From IMG/VR virus record IMGVR_UViG_3300037422_000264, positions 1 through 33,338 of that record: 33,338 bases of DNA; one strand, written 5' to 3'. The DNA is from a virus (taxonomy: Duplodnaviria > Caudoviricetes). The position numbers were made by a program, and so were the translations under genes. Position 1 is the stretch's first letter, and each line of letters starts with the position of its first letter. A model generated the notes under the pieces. It ran no database searches, was not told the origin of the DNA, and was given only the letters and a program-made list of their open reading frames with translations. Shown here one piece after another: positions 1-9,617 of this stretch.

Positions 1-1
1 C

Positions 2-121
2 TCGGGCCGTGCTCTGCTGGATGAGTTCCTTTTTGTAGCTGCGTTCCCTGGACCCCCACGCGGCCAGGGCGGCGAGAATCAATGCGGCGAGTGTGTAGTG
101 CTTCCAGTCGAGGGTGGGCAT
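2..121 (-). CDS. Partial N-terminally anchored membrane protein, possible i-spanin (Rz-like); runs off the window
   Basis: ATG at 121 with AGGAG upstream; MPTLDWKHYTLAALILAALAAWGSRERSYKKELIQQ = one TM helix then charged helix; lies in the lysis module. Confidence 0.5.
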   Translation of the reverse strand, partial: MPTLDWKHYTLAALILAALAAWGSRERSYKKELIQQSTAR

Positions 122-132
122 GAGGGCTGCTC

Positions 133-711
133 CTATTGGCAGAACTTGACGCGCTCGCCTGCCGTGTGCGGGCGTTTGAAAATAACCTTCCGGCTCACCA
201 TCACGTTGCGGGCATACCACATGGCCCGGTAGCCCGCGCCGTTGTATCTGCGCACGCCGCCCCATAGGTTGCCCCGTGCGACCCGCAGCTTGGTGTAGAA
301 CTCGGCAGCGGCGAAGGCGGCTTGCGTGTCCAGGCTGTCGATGCCGCCGAGTCGGTAGCCACGCGCTTTCCAAAAGGCGCGCCAGTTCGGCTCGTTCTCC
401 CGCAACATTTGAAAGGCCCCGTAACTCCGTCCGTCATCCCCGATCAGCGTGGGATCGAAGCCGCTCTCCCGATGACCCATGCTCAGGAAGGTGTCGAGCT
501 GATCTTCGAGGCAGAGCCGCGCAAGCCACTTGTGCGACTCCCGCGCCACTTCCCTCAGCCACTCGGGCTGCGCCGCATTGGGGTAGTGCTTTGTGTAGAA
601 GGCGACGAGGGCTCGCTCCTCCCTCGTCGGGCCTGCATGGCAGAGCCCGGCGAGAAGGAGCAGGGCGGCTAATTTATTTGCAGTTGCCCTTGCCTGCTTC
701 AAGCGCTTCAA
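133..711 (-). CDS. Lytic transglycosylase (SLT/lysozyme-like) with signal-peptide-like N-terminus; start uncertain (TTG 711 or 702)
   Basis: HRESGFDP catalytic Glu motif, SYGAFQM, VRRYNG; basic N-region followed by LAALLLLAGLCHA. Confidence 0.7.
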   Translation of the reverse strand: MKRLKQARATANKLAALLLLAGLCHAGPTREERALVAFYTKHYPNAAQPEWLREVARESHKWLARLCLEDQLDTFLSMGHRESGFDPTLIGDDGRSYGAFQMLRENEPNWRAFWKARGYRLGGIDSLDTQAAFAAAEFYTKLRVARGNLWGGVRRYNGAGYRAMWYARNVMVSRKVIFKRPHTAGERVKFCQ

Positions 712-1159
712 TCTGTTTTTTCGCGAGGACTGAATTTCTGGCGACGAGCGCGGAGCAGGCCTTGGCTCCCTTGGGGCCGTCAACGTGGCTGTTCTTTGCC
801 ACGGCGTTCCCAATCTCAGTCTCGGCCTTCTCCCACAAGTCGAGGGCGCGTTGCAACTCTGCCTTGTCGCACCATCCCGCCTTGGTCATGATGATGGCTA
901 ATGCTTCGTTATGCCAGAGCCACGCGAGCTGGATATGGAACATGGCGAGGCGGCGAGCCTCCCCATAATTCCCGGACTTTTTCGCGGCCTTGTGCAGCTT
1001 GTCCTGCTGCCCGATCTCTTTCCAGCTCGCGTCGAAGTCGGCCTGCGTGGGCTCGAAGAACAGCTTTTCCTCAGCGGTGGCGGGAGTCGTTTCTGACGCT
1101 CCGGCGGCCACGCCAAAAAAAAATATCACGAGCAGCGTCCATATCCATTTCAATTTCAT
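674..1159 (-). CDS. Secreted/periplasmic helical protein in lysis module
   Basis: MKLKWIWTLLVIFFFGVAAGA signal peptide; ATGA coupling to the upstream gene. Confidence 0.6.
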   Translation of the reverse strand: MKLKWIWTLLVIFFFGVAAGASETTPATAEEKLFFEPTQADFDASWKEIGQQDKLHKAAKKSGNYGEARRLAMFHIQLAWLWHNEALAIIMTKAGWCDKAELQRALDLWEKAETEIGNAVAKNSHVDGPKGAKACSALVARNSVLAKKQIEALEAGKGNCK

Positions 1160-1611
1160 GGTGCGTTCCCTCCTTGGGGTGTCGCCGGTTTGATGGGCAG
1201 GTCAGTCCCGCCACCGATCCGCTTGGCGAGTGCGGAAAGGATGTTCTTCGCCTGGTCGCGGGCCGCGAACCAGAGCCATGCAAGGCAGGCGTGGGCGCCA
1301 TCCCACCAGAATATGATATCCGAAACTTGGGTGTCCACCTTGTCCTTGTCGAGCAGCGTGTCGAGGGTCGTCCAATAATTCCAGCTTGCCCATATCACCC
1401 AAGCGCCCGAGGGCGTGATGACGTGCAGGGTCAGGAAGCGGAAGAACGAATACCAGACCACGGCGAAGGCTGCGTCCTTGCCCAGCACCGGGGCGTGGGC
1501 GAGGCGCTCCAGCTCAAGGTCGCGCTCGTGCTGGATGTCCTTGCGCTCTATCCGGCGCATGGTGCGGAGAAAAATATCCTTGAGCCCAACCTTGGGCCTC
1601 TCGTTTTCCAT
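1156..1611 (-). CDS. Membrane protein, holin candidate
   Basis: ATG 1611 overlaps the endolysin stop (TGATG); 2-3 hydrophobic Trp-rich segments; directly downstream of the endolysin. Confidence 0.5.
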   Translation of the reverse strand: MENERPKVGLKDIFLRTMRRIERKDIQHERDLELERLAHAPVLGKDAAFAVVWYSFFRFLTLHVITPSGAWVIWASWNYWTTLDTLLDKDKVDTQVSDIIFWWDGAHACLAWLWFAARDQAKNILSALAKRIGGGTDLPIKPATPQGGNAP

Positions 1612-2258
1612 CACGCTACCCCCAATGCTTTCTTTGCCTCGCCCCAAAGCCTGAACCTTTCATCCCACCAGTCCATCTGTCCAAGCGCCAGCTTGTCGCG
1701 CCAATCCTTCGGGCCGCCGTTGACGAGGTAACAGGTCAGCCCGAAGTCATCGAAGTCTGCCGCCTCGTTGAGCTTCTTCCATTCCCAAAACCACGCGGCG
1801 CTCATGGCGGCGAAGCGTTGCTCCTTGAGAAGCTCCGGCTTTCCCACGAGGTCGAGGCCCAGCGCCTTGCCGCAAGCCGTATAATTTTCTTTCCCGGTGA
1901 GCTGGATCAATCCCCTCCCCCGGTAGCGATAGCCTTCCCCGCTGGCCTCGTCGCCGTTGCCCATGCGGGTGCCGTAAACGCGGGAGCCTATCTTCTCCGG
2001 CTTCCCGGCGTAAAGGCTCGCCACGTCCATCGAGACGAAATAGCGGGGGAAAACTTTCATCAATCGCTCGGCGCTGTAGTTCAGGTTTTCCTCTTTGACC
2101 CGCAGGCCCGTCTCCGTGCCCACCTGGGCGAGGAAGGCCGCCTGCCGCTTGGGCGTGGCGATGCCGTAGCATCCCATTGCATCGGACAAATCCGCGAGCC
2201 ACGGCGCCGCCGTCTCCGGCTTGCATCCCGTGCAGGCTGCGAGCTGTTCTTTGGTCAT
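1611..2258 (-). CDS. Endolysin, glycoside hydrolase family 19
   Basis: AAFLAQVGTETG, EENLNYS, RMGNGDEASGEGYRYRGRGLIQLTGKENY, SAAWFW, VNGG motifs. Confidence 0.93.
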   Translation of the reverse strand: MTKEQLAACTGCKPETAAPWLADLSDAMGCYGIATPKRQAAFLAQVGTETGLRVKEENLNYSAERLMKVFPRYFVSMDVASLYAGKPEKIGSRVYGTRMGNGDEASGEGYRYRGRGLIQLTGKENYTACGKALGLDLVGKPELLKEQRFAAMSAAWFWEWKKLNEAADFDDFGLTCYLVNGGPKDWRDKLALGQMDWWDERFRLWGEAKKALGVA

Positions 2259-2485
2259 TTGCCACGCTCCATACGCCCCAGGCCCAGCGCGATCTCCTCG
2301 GCCTCCTTACCCGTGCGGTTGACGCGGTAGGTGTGGGCGCCCAAGTCTTTCCCGTCCATGCTCAGCGCCACGTCCACGTCGGTGGAGCCGTTGCCGAGGT
2401 TGCGCACGCCCACGATCTTGCACTCGATGGTTGCGGTGATGGGCGCGGGGGCGGCCTTGGCGGTCTTCTTCTTGTCGTCGCTCAT
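2255..2485 (-). CDS. Hypothetical protein (76 aa)
   Basis: GAGG RBS, GC-rich codon usage, coupled to the endolysin start. Confidence 0.65.
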   Translation of the reverse strand: MSDDKKKTAKAAPAPITATIECKIVGVRNLGNGSTDVDVALSMDGKDLGAHTYRVNRTGKEAEEIALGLGRMERGK

Positions 2486-2492
2486 AATTTCC

Positions 2493-2996
2493 TCAGTGTG
2501 GGATGAGGTTCTTGTCGGCCAGCTCGAGCAGGCCGCTCTCGTGGATCTCGCTGGGGGACGTGAGGCTCGGCTCCTCTTGGCTGAAGCGCACGCCGACCGC
2601 CGCGTAAAGGGTCGACGCCAGCTCGCTGCAAAACGGGGCCGAGGTGTTGGCGGGGTTGCGCTTGATGCGGATGCCGAGGCGGCGCAGCACGAACTTGCTC
2701 CAAATGCCGAGGATGCCGAGGCCGTCGTAGGGCGTGCTCAGGGCCGCCAGCGCGCCCTTGGCCACGGCGTCGGCCTCTCTGTCGCCTACGCTTGGCACGC
2801 TGTAGGCGTCCCACTCGTCCCCGGCGTATTCGGTCCAGGGGTTGCAAAGCCGCACGCCGCGCTTGAACGTGGCCCCCACCGCCTGCCCGTTGCCGGTGTA
2901 GATGTCGACGTGGCTGTAGTGGCCGCCCGAGGCCTGCCGGATCAGGTGGTTCACCAGGCCGCCGCCACGCACGAGGATGAGGTCGCCGGGCCGCAT
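2493..2996 (-). CDS. Permuted papain-like NlpC/P60 enzyme (YiiX/YaeF, peptidase C92)
   Basis: PGDLILVRG, YSHVDIY (His first), PYD, FCSEL (Cys last); ATG 2996 overlaps the upstream stop. Confidence 0.88.
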   Translation of the reverse strand: MRPGDLILVRGGGLVNHLIRQASGGHYSHVDIYTGNGQAVGATFKRGVRLCNPWTEYAGDEWDAYSVPSVGDREADAVAKGALAALSTPYDGLGILGIWSKFVLRRLGIRIKRNPANTSAPFCSELASTLYAAVGVRFSQEEPSLTSPSEIHESGLLELADKNLIPH

Positions 2997-3217
2997 CACC
3001 ACTTCCTCGTGCCGTTTTCGTAGCAAAAAACAATTTCCCGTGTGGCATCGTTGAGCACCATCACGTCGGGGTTGCTGGGGTAAAGGATGCTGATCTGTTT
3101 ACAACACTCCTCGGCCGTGGGCAGGTCGAGGTAAGGCGTGCCCAGCCACATCGGTTCGAACTTGTGTGTCGCGGGCGAGTCGGTCGTGATGTAGTGCCGA
3201 TAAAGCGCCAATGCCAT
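2996..3217 (-). CDS. Hypothetical protein (73 aa)
   Basis: GAGGAG RBS, coupled stop/start. Confidence 0.6.
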   Translation of the reverse strand: MALALYRHYITTDSPATHKFEPMWLGTPYLDLPTAEECCKQISILYPSNPDVMVLNDATREIVFCYENGTRKW

Positions 3218-3226
3218 GACTGCTCC

Positions 3227-3649
3227 TCAGATTGTGTAGTCGACGCCGTTGATGTTGATGTGCAGGGTGCCAGCCACAGCGACGCCGTTGGTGATCCTGA
3301 AAATGTAGCCGGCGGGGAGCACCTTGTTGCGGATGGATGCATGTTGGGTTGACGGATCCGCCAAAAGGCCTGCGGCCTGTTGATTCGCCGGATCTCCCTT
3401 GGAAAGGTTCAGCATGAAATTGCCCGCCGCCGCCGGGGAGGTGTACTGATCCGTCACGCGCCTGAAGGTCACGCCGTCGGAAATTTCAAAGTAGAAATTC
3501 CCGGCTCCGGCGGCCGTCTTGTTCCACCAGACGCTGCCCTCTTTGATCAGGTAAATGTGGCCCGCCGGCACCGTGAAAAGGTTGGTCGAGGCCACGGCCC
3601 CGGAGCTCACGCCCGTGTGGACCAGGTTTTTCAAAAGGAATCCTGCCAT
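3227..3649 (-). CDS. Small beta-rich tail tip/receptor-binding candidate
   Basis: AAGGAG RBS; beta-strand-rich sequence; end of tail module. Confidence 0.55.
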   Translation of the reverse strand: MAGFLLKNLVHTGVSSGAVASTNLFTVPAGHIYLIKEGSVWWNKTAAGAGNFYFEISDGVTFRRVTDQYTSPAAAGNFMLNLSKGDPANQQAAGLLADPSTQHASIRNKVLPAGYIFRITNGVAVAGTLHININGVDYTI

Positions 3650-3661
3650 GTCGCGCTCCTT

Positions 3662-3967
3662 CTATACGTCGAGCAGCCACAAAAGCTGCTCGCTTGAGAA
3701 AAACACCCCGGTGCTCAGCGTGCCGTTCACGGTGAAGTTCCCGTCCACGTTGCCGTCGTTGTCAAGCTGGAAGGCCGTGCCTGCTCCCGCGATCACCACG
3801 ATGCCTGTGGTGATGGTCTGGGGCGCCAGCGCGCCATCTGTCAGCGTGGCCTTGAGGTAGTTCAAATCCACGACCGTGTCCGTCCACAAATCTGTGGACA
3901 CCGGGGCGTCGACCGCCACGCGGAAGTCGTCGATGTCTGTCCAGGGGATTTTAGGTAGCAGGGCCAT
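3662..3967 (-). CDS. Minor tail protein/short fibre adaptor
   Basis: AGGAG RBS; follows hub protein; GNVDGNFTVNGTLSTG fibre-like segment. Confidence 0.55.
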   Translation of the reverse strand: MALLPKIPWTDIDDFRVAVDAPVSTDLWTDTVVDLNYLKATLTDGALAPQTITTGIVVIAGAGTAFQLDNDGNVDGNFTVNGTLSTGVFFSSEQLLWLLDV

Positions 3968-3976
3968 GCTGGTCTC

Positions 3977-5614
3977 CTACGGCGTGATGTAGTAGCCGTC
4001 GCTGCCGTCGCTCATCACGCCAAAGGTGTTGTTCACCTTGCGGCTGATGAAGGCATAAAGGCGCTGGGTGGCGCTCGCCACGTTCCAGTTCGGGAAAAAG
4101 GTTGGGGCCTTGGCGCTGGGGCTGATCGCCGCGTACTTGCGCCCGTAGCTATAACCCGTGTTGAGCAGCGTGAACTCCTCGACCGACTCCTGAAAATTCA
4201 GGTCGACCTGCACCACTTCCATGAGCTGGTTCTCAATGCCCCGGATGCCCCGGCTCAGGTCAGGGACAAAGGCCGAGCTCAGGGGCACGATGTCGCCGGG
4301 CTCCAGCAGGCGCTTGTTGAAAAGCGCCTTGACCTTGAGCACAGGGGACGGCACGCCGAAGCGCTTGAGGATGCGCGTGGCCCAGTTGTTGATGCGGGGC
4401 GCCCCGGTGACCGCCGTGCGGAAGCCCCGGCTCAGCACGGCCTTGGTGCGCACCTGACCAAAGGTGGTCTGGCTCGTGCTGTCCTCGTAAAGCGCCCGGC
4501 TCAAAAATTCGCCCGTCCTGAAGTCGTAGTCATACTGGACGTCGACCTCGTTGAAGAAGTAGCGCTCGAGCACATTGCCCTGGTACCGGGGCGGCCCCAC
4601 GAGGTCGTCGTCCGTGATCCCCGCCGCGATGGTGCTGGGGAGGGGAGGCTGGTAAATCTTGATGCTGATTCGCCCGAGGTTGTCCGTGGGAGGGTAGGCG
4701 TTGCAGAAGGTGTAGAGCTGCTCCTCGAGGAACTTCTTGCCTTCCTGCTTCTCGAACTCCTCGAAGCGGAAATTGACGCCCGTGATCCAGCGGTTGCGCT
4801 CGGCCTCGAACTTGGCCACGTCGATGTTGGCCTGGGGGATGGCCAGCCCTGCGCAGGCCGGGAGCACGTCGTAGGGGCCGTTGGTGCCCGCCCCTGTGCT
4901 CGTGAGTATCTGCAGCGCCAGCGTGAGCGGGTTGCCCTGCAGCACCACGAGGTTGTCGAGCTGGGTGTCGATGCTGTGGGCCGCCGCCGCGGTGCCGAGC
5001 TGCCCGCGCAGGCAGCCCGTGAAGGTGGTCGCCGTCTTGCCCGTGTAGCTGATCACCTCGTCTTCGATCTTGAGGTAAAGCACGCCAGCCGTGGCCGTGG
5101 GGAACAGCGCCGTGCTAGACACGGTGAGCACCGCGTCCCCGGCGCCCGCTGCGGCTGTCAGCTTGGTGAAGGCCGTGAAAATGTCCTGCTTCTCGTCTTT
5201 GAGGTAGTTCACCGTCTGGATGTTCCACATGACGTTGTTTTCGGCCAGCGTGTAGTCGAGGATGCGGCCCGTGAAGACCGTGACGTATTTTTCCTCGGGC
5301 ATCCCTTGGAAGCCGCTTTTGATGGTGACGGCCCGGTTGCCGAGCTGGTACTGGAAGGCCAGCTTGGTGATCTTGCCGTCCTTGTCCAGTATGGAAAAGT
5401 TCACCGCGCCTAGGCTCGAGCGCCCCTCGTCGACGGTGATCTGGGAGCCCGCGCCCTGCAGGTTGCTCAGCCACAATTCCGTGGGGCCGCTGGGGCTGGT
5501 CACCGGGCCGGTGGCGTAGCGGGTGGGCACGCCATCGAGCACCAGAATGTAGACCGGCTGCAGCGCCTTCTTGTTCATCGCCAATGCGTAGGCGGTGTTG
5601 ACCGACTGGCTCAA
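3977..5614 (-). CDS. Tail tip/baseplate hub protein (Tal-like)
   Basis: 545 aa, second gene after the tape measure; VFTGRI, FTGCLRGQLGTAAAAH, LEPGDIV motifs; TTG start with AAGGAGG RBS. Confidence 0.75.
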   Translation of the reverse strand: MSQSVNTAYALAMNKKALQPVYILVLDGVPTRYATGPVTSPSGPTELWLSNLQGAGSQITVDEGRSSLGAVNFSILDKDGKITKLAFQYQLGNRAVTIKSGFQGMPEEKYVTVFTGRILDYTLAENNVMWNIQTVNYLKDEKQDIFTAFTKLTAAAGAGDAVLTVSSTALFPTATAGVLYLKIEDEVISYTGKTATTFTGCLRGQLGTAAAAHSIDTQLDNLVVLQGNPLTLALQILTSTGAGTNGPYDVLPACAGLAIPQANIDVAKFEAERNRWITGVNFRFEEFEKQEGKKFLEEQLYTFCNAYPPTDNLGRISIKIYQPPLPSTIAAGITDDDLVGPPRYQGNVLERYFFNEVDVQYDYDFRTGEFLSRALYEDSTSQTTFGQVRTKAVLSRGFRTAVTGAPRINNWATRILKRFGVPSPVLKVKALFNKRLLEPGDIVPLSSAFVPDLSRGIRGIENQLMEVVQVDLNFQESVEEFTLLNTGYSYGRKYAAISPSAKAPTFFPNWNVASATQRLYAFISRKVNNTFGVMSDGSDGYYITP

Positions 5615-6978
5615 AACAGCGCCTCCTTAAACACAATGGTGGCCGTCCAGCGCTTTTTCTTGAGGTTGCTCAGCCCGAGTTGCAGGGTCTTGTCGGTGGC
5701 GATGGCGTAGGGCCAGTAGAACTGATCGCGCACCTGGTCGCCGTCTTGGAAGTCGGCGCAAAAGGCGCTCTCCATCGTGGCCACGAGCCCCGCCACCGAG
5801 GCCACCTTCTTGATTTCGCGCCGGTTGCCCGAGGATGATTTGAAGCTCAGCGCCTGCCCCTTGGCGACGCCTGCCACGCTGTCGAGAGTGGCCGCGGCGC
5901 TGCCGTAGGCCACGTTGGCTGTCAGCTCGCCGGCATACGTCGCCCCGTTGTCGAGGGCGGCCGAGAAGACCTCGCCGCGCTTGGCAAGCTGCCACCAAGA
6001 GTAAAGCGCTTCCTTCTGCTCCTCAGTCAAGTCCATGAAGGTCATGCTCACAATGTCGCGGCTGAAAAAGTAGGTGCTCTGGTTGACGCCCGTGTTGCTT
6101 TCCTTGTCGTCGCGGGCGCTGGCCTCGCGCACGTCAAAGCCGCTGGGGCGCCGCCCGAAGTCGTAGACGCAGAGGCTGTAGTCGTCCCCGGCGCTCATGG
6201 AAAACACCGCCGAGCGGAAGTAGGGGATCGTGCCGCCCGGCCGGCTGATCTTGATGTAGCCGTCGAAGGGCGAGTCCTGGCTGCTCACGTCGAGGATGGC
6301 ACTGGGGCCCGCCGCTGGGGAGCTTGCCACTAGGGCCCCGGCGCTCGTGTAAATCTGCACAAGCTGGCTGTTGCTCAGCCCGTTCACTGTGATGTCGGTG
6401 CTCACCGCCACTTGGATCCAGTCGAAGTAGCCAAAGGCCGGGGCGCCTGCGTAGACCGAAACGCCGACGCGCACCTTCACCAGCGTGCCCACAAAGCCGG
6501 TGCTGCTCACCGTGGTGCCGTCGATCTTGAGCACGCGGGTGCCTGCGGTGCTGTTGTCGACAATCTCGAAGCGGTGCCAGCCTGTGCTGCGGGCCACGGC
6601 GGTGGCGCTTGTGACGCCTGCCACGACCTTGCTGTAGAAGCCCACGCTTGTGGCGAGGTCGACGCCCAGCCCGAAGGTGGCGGGGGTCGAGGTGATCCAG
6701 CGCATGAAAGGCGTGAAGCCCCCCGCGACCGCGGCCGCGTCGTCGTAGAACCAGCCCGCCGAGTATTTGAACGCGGTGAAGGTCTTCTCCAGCTCGGGGT
6801 AGCTGGTGTCCAGCTTCAAGCTCTTGAGCCCTTCCTTGGCCACGTCGCTGCTGATCTGGGGCGTGCCGTTGAGCAGCGTCCAGCCCTGATCTGTGGGGAA
6901 GCTCTGCACCTCGAAGCTCTCGAAAAGCAGGAGCCCGTCGGTGATCTTGGGGAGCGTTTGGAGGATCGTGCTGCCCAT
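5611..6978 (-). CDS. Distal tail (Dit-like) protein with N-terminal lectin-like beta-sandwich
   Basis: ATG 6978 overlaps the tape-measure stop; RSTGWHRFEIV...LKIDG...YFDWIQV ConA/LamG-like; C-terminal part Dit-like by position and pattern. Confidence 0.65.
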   Translation of the reverse strand: MGSTILQTLPKITDGLLLFESFEVQSFPTDQGWTLLNGTPQISSDVAKEGLKSLKLDTSYPELEKTFTAFKYSAGWFYDDAAAVAGGFTPFMRWITSTPATFGLGVDLATSVGFYSKVVAGVTSATAVARSTGWHRFEIVDNSTAGTRVLKIDGTTVSSTGFVGTLVKVRVGVSVYAGAPAFGYFDWIQVAVSTDITVNGLSNSQLVQIYTSAGALVASSPAAGPSAILDVSSQDSPFDGYIKISRPGGTIPYFRSAVFSMSAGDDYSLCVYDFGRRPSGFDVREASARDDKESNTGVNQSTYFFSRDIVSMTFMDLTEEQKEALYSWWQLAKRGEVFSAALDNGATYAGELTANVAYGSAAATLDSVAGVAKGQALSFKSSSGNRREIKKVASVAGLVATMESAFCADFQDGDQVRDQFYWPYAIATDKTLQLGLSNLKKKRWTATIVFKEALF

Positions 6979-8672
6979 CACCCACCCACCTGTGTGGCGA
7001 CCAGCCGCACGTCGCGGTTTTCCACGGCCTCGCTGACACGGTTGATGAGCCGGTCGATGTAACCCTGGTCGTTGACCATGTCGCCTTGGATGTGGAAGTG
7101 CACCGTGGTGCTGGGGCGCGCTGCTGCCGCTGGCGCCGCTGCTGCGATGTCCCCTGCGCCCCCCCCGCCCACGGAGCCCACCGAAACGCCGCCGCTGGGG
7201 AGGCTCGCCCCGCCCCCGCCTGAACCCCCACGGATGGCCGCCTTGGCGACCTCGCCCACGCCTGCGACAAGCCCCGAAAGCGCCGCGCCCGTGGCCAGCC
7301 CGAGGAAGCCTTTGCCGGCCACCTCGGTGATCCAAGCCCGGGCCTGCCCCGCGATGATGCTGGCCTGGATCTGCTGCACCAAGCTGTCGATCACGATGTC
7401 GGTGATGCGCTTCCAGGCGTCGCGCTCGCCCGCGACCATCTGGCCGGTGACCTTGCCGATGGCCGCCCCGAAGGTGGTAGCCGCCTTAAACTGCTCCTCG
7501 TACTGCTTGCGGATGATCTCGTTGCGCTGCGCTGCAGCCCGGGCGTCGATGGCGGCGAGCAGGGCGTTGCGCTGCGCCGCCGTCTTGATCTCGTGCTCGT
7601 ACTTGGCGAGGGTGGCGGTCTTGAATGCCTCGGTCTCGCGGTCGAGGCGCAGCAACTCGTTGGTCTCGCCCTGCGCCCTGATCTTCTCGGTCTCCAGCGC
7701 GAGGTCGCCCACCACGCGCTTGAGCTCCTCGCTCATGGCCGTGACCGCCGCCGTGGTTTTCTTGGCCCCGGCCTCGATCTTGGCCGTCTCCTCGGGCTTG
7801 CTCAGCATCCCGAAGGCCCTGGCGAAGGCGTCTTCCAGCCCCGTCAGGCCTTCCTTGATCAGGTTCTTGTTGAAGGTGAGCACGCCCGTGACGATGGCAA
7901 GCTGCGAGGCCATGCCTTCCGCAAAGGCCCGGATGATCTCCATGAGGTGCCGGAGGGCCGCCGCCACGGCGTTGACCACGGGCAGGAAGAAGGCGCCGAT
8001 CTGCTCCTTGAACTCGTTGAAGGTGTTCTTGAGCCTTTGAAGCTGGGAGTCCGTTGTCGAAGTGTCGGTGGCCAGCTTGCCGAACCTGCCCGACAAAATA
8101 TTGAGGAGTTGCTCTGCATCCTGTGCCGCCGCCCCGGTGACGCCGAACTCCCGGGCCAGCGCCTTCATGGCGCGCTCGTTTCCGTTGGCTGCCGCGCCGA
8201 TGTCCCCTGCCACATCGGCCACGCTCCGGCCCGTGGCCACGCTGATCCCCATGACGGTCTGCAGGTTGGCCATCGCCACCGAGACGTCCCCGGTGCGCTG
8301 GATCATGGTGCCCAGCGCGTCGTTCAGGTCGTCGTCCGCAAAACGCGAAACTTCGGCCAGCGCCGCGGTGAAGGTGTTGATGCGTGCGCCCCAGACGTTC
8401 CAGCTCTGGCCCGTGCTTTCCACTTGGGTCTTGAGCCGGAGCTGGGATTGCTCGGCCGCCGCAGCCTCGTCCACCGCGCTCTTGAAAAAGGCGATGATGG
8501 CCGTGGCTGTGAAGGCAGACTTGAGCTGCCCCACCACTTCCGTAAGCGCGCTGCTCTTTTGGGAGACTCCCTCGACCTCGCCCTGCAGCTTGCGCATGTG
8601 CTCGGCGGCTTCGGTGAAGCCAGCCTTCTGCAGCTGCGAGGCGATGGTGAGGGTCAGTGTCTGTCCGGCCAT
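6978..8672 (-). CDS. Tape measure protein (564 aa)
   Basis: Ala/Gly-rich helical sequence, NTFNEFKEQIG-type motif, follows the chaperone. Confidence 0.88.
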   Translation of the reverse strand: MAGQTLTLTIASQLQKAGFTEAAEHMRKLQGEVEGVSQKSSALTEVVGQLKSAFTATAIIAFFKSAVDEAAAAEQSQLRLKTQVESTGQSWNVWGARINTFTAALAEVSRFADDDLNDALGTMIQRTGDVSVAMANLQTVMGISVATGRSVADVAGDIGAAANGNERAMKALAREFGVTGAAAQDAEQLLNILSGRFGKLATDTSTTDSQLQRLKNTFNEFKEQIGAFFLPVVNAVAAALRHLMEIIRAFAEGMASQLAIVTGVLTFNKNLIKEGLTGLEDAFARAFGMLSKPEETAKIEAGAKKTTAAVTAMSEELKRVVGDLALETEKIRAQGETNELLRLDRETEAFKTATLAKYEHEIKTAAQRNALLAAIDARAAAQRNEIIRKQYEEQFKAATTFGAAIGKVTGQMVAGERDAWKRITDIVIDSLVQQIQASIIAGQARAWITEVAGKGFLGLATGAALSGLVAGVGEVAKAAIRGGSGGGGASLPSGGVSVGSVGGGGAGDIAAAAPAAAARPSTTVHFHIQGDMVNDQGYIDRLINRVSEAVENRDVRLVATQVGG

Positions 8673-8693
8673 TTTAGTCCGTGTTCGAGAAGG

Positions 8694-8895
8694 TCATGGG
8701 TTCGCCCGCTTCCTCGTCGGGGGGCCTCGCGGCCCGGGCCTGCTTCTTGTTCCAACTCACTTTCACCGCTTCCCACAGATTGGCGGGCATCTTCCAGACG
8801 CTGCCGCGCTGCAGGGGTGTCCCTGTGTAGGCGCCGAGTTCGATCAGTTCTTCGATGGGGCTGCAGTGATCTTGTTCGGCGCCGCAGATTTTCCC
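8694..8895 (-). CDS. -1 frameshift extension of the tail assembly chaperone (gpGT-like)
   Basis: Slippery G GGA AAA at 8895-8889; -1 frame open (KICGAEQDHCSPIEELIELGAY...RANP*) to TGA at 8694. Confidence 0.75.
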
Positions 8896-9560
8896 AACTC
8901 GTCCTCGCTCAGTTCAAAGGCCTTGCGGTATTCGGCCCAGACGTCGGCCAGCACGCGGGGGTCGATCTTGTGCGCCTGCTCGACGCTCAAAAGCCGGGCC
9001 ACGGGCTCGGCCAGCGCCGTGTGGTCGCCCTGCCGCGTGCCCTGCTTGAGCGCGCACTCCACGCGCTTGGCGAGCCAGTAGGCGTTGGAGGTGAACTCGA
9101 TGGCCTCGTCCCGGGCTTTCTGGCCTTCCGGGCTGGTCTCCTGGGGCAGCGTGACTTCAAGGTGTCGGCGCGTCTTGTAGTAGTAGGCGTTACACTCCGC
9201 ATCCTCGGCCAGCGTCAGGGGCGTCAGCACGCCCTCCAGCATTTGGGTGTCGAGGTTGCGGATGTTTTCCTGCAGCGCGTCCAGCTTGGAGCGCAGGAGC
9301 TCCTCGGCCGGGGCGCGGTGCTGCAGGGTGTTTTTGAGGAAGGGTTTTGAAAGCCAGCGGATGGCGCCCGCGGCCCAAGCCGGGACGCCCTGCAGCCGTA
9401 GCCCCTGCTTGACCACGATCTGGTCGCCTTCCCTGAGCACTCGCTGAAGTCTTGCCGCCTCGTCCCGTAGGGAGGGGAGGCTGTGCTTGTGGCGAGGTAC
9501 TGCGATGGGGTGCTCGGTCTTGGCCAGTTTCGCCATGCCCGAGGCCAGCACGTCGTCCAT
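8844..9560 (-). CDS. Tail assembly chaperone (gpG-like)
   Basis: Between tail tube and tape measure; AGGAG RBS; slippery heptamer near its 3' end. Confidence 0.75.
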   Translation of the reverse strand: MDDVLASGMAKLAKTEHPIAVPRHKHSLPSLRDEAARLQRVLREGDQIVVKQGLRLQGVPAWAAGAIRWLSKPFLKNTLQHRAPAEELLRSKLDALQENIRNLDTQMLEGVLTPLTLAEDAECNAYYYKTRRHLEVTLPQETSPEGQKARDEAIEFTSNAYWLAKRVECALKQGTRQGDHTALAEPVARLLSVEQAHKIDPRVLADVWAEYRKAFELSEDELGKSAAPNKITAAPSKN

Positions 9561-9617
9561 GTCGGTCTCCTGTGATGGGCCCGCTCCTGCTTATTCAGGG
9601 GCGGGTTGGTGCTGGGG

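Noticed and set aside
1115-1123. A9 run (also C run near 7160 and G run near 14072)
   Set aside because: Reading frames stay intact (Phe, Gly, Pro runs); no sign of a frameshift
6979-7335. Upstream extension of the Dit-like ORF (also of ORFs called from 24010, 20075, 19446, 31015, 29702, 13474)
   Set aside because: These overlap real upstream genes; coupled starts with RBS lie downstream
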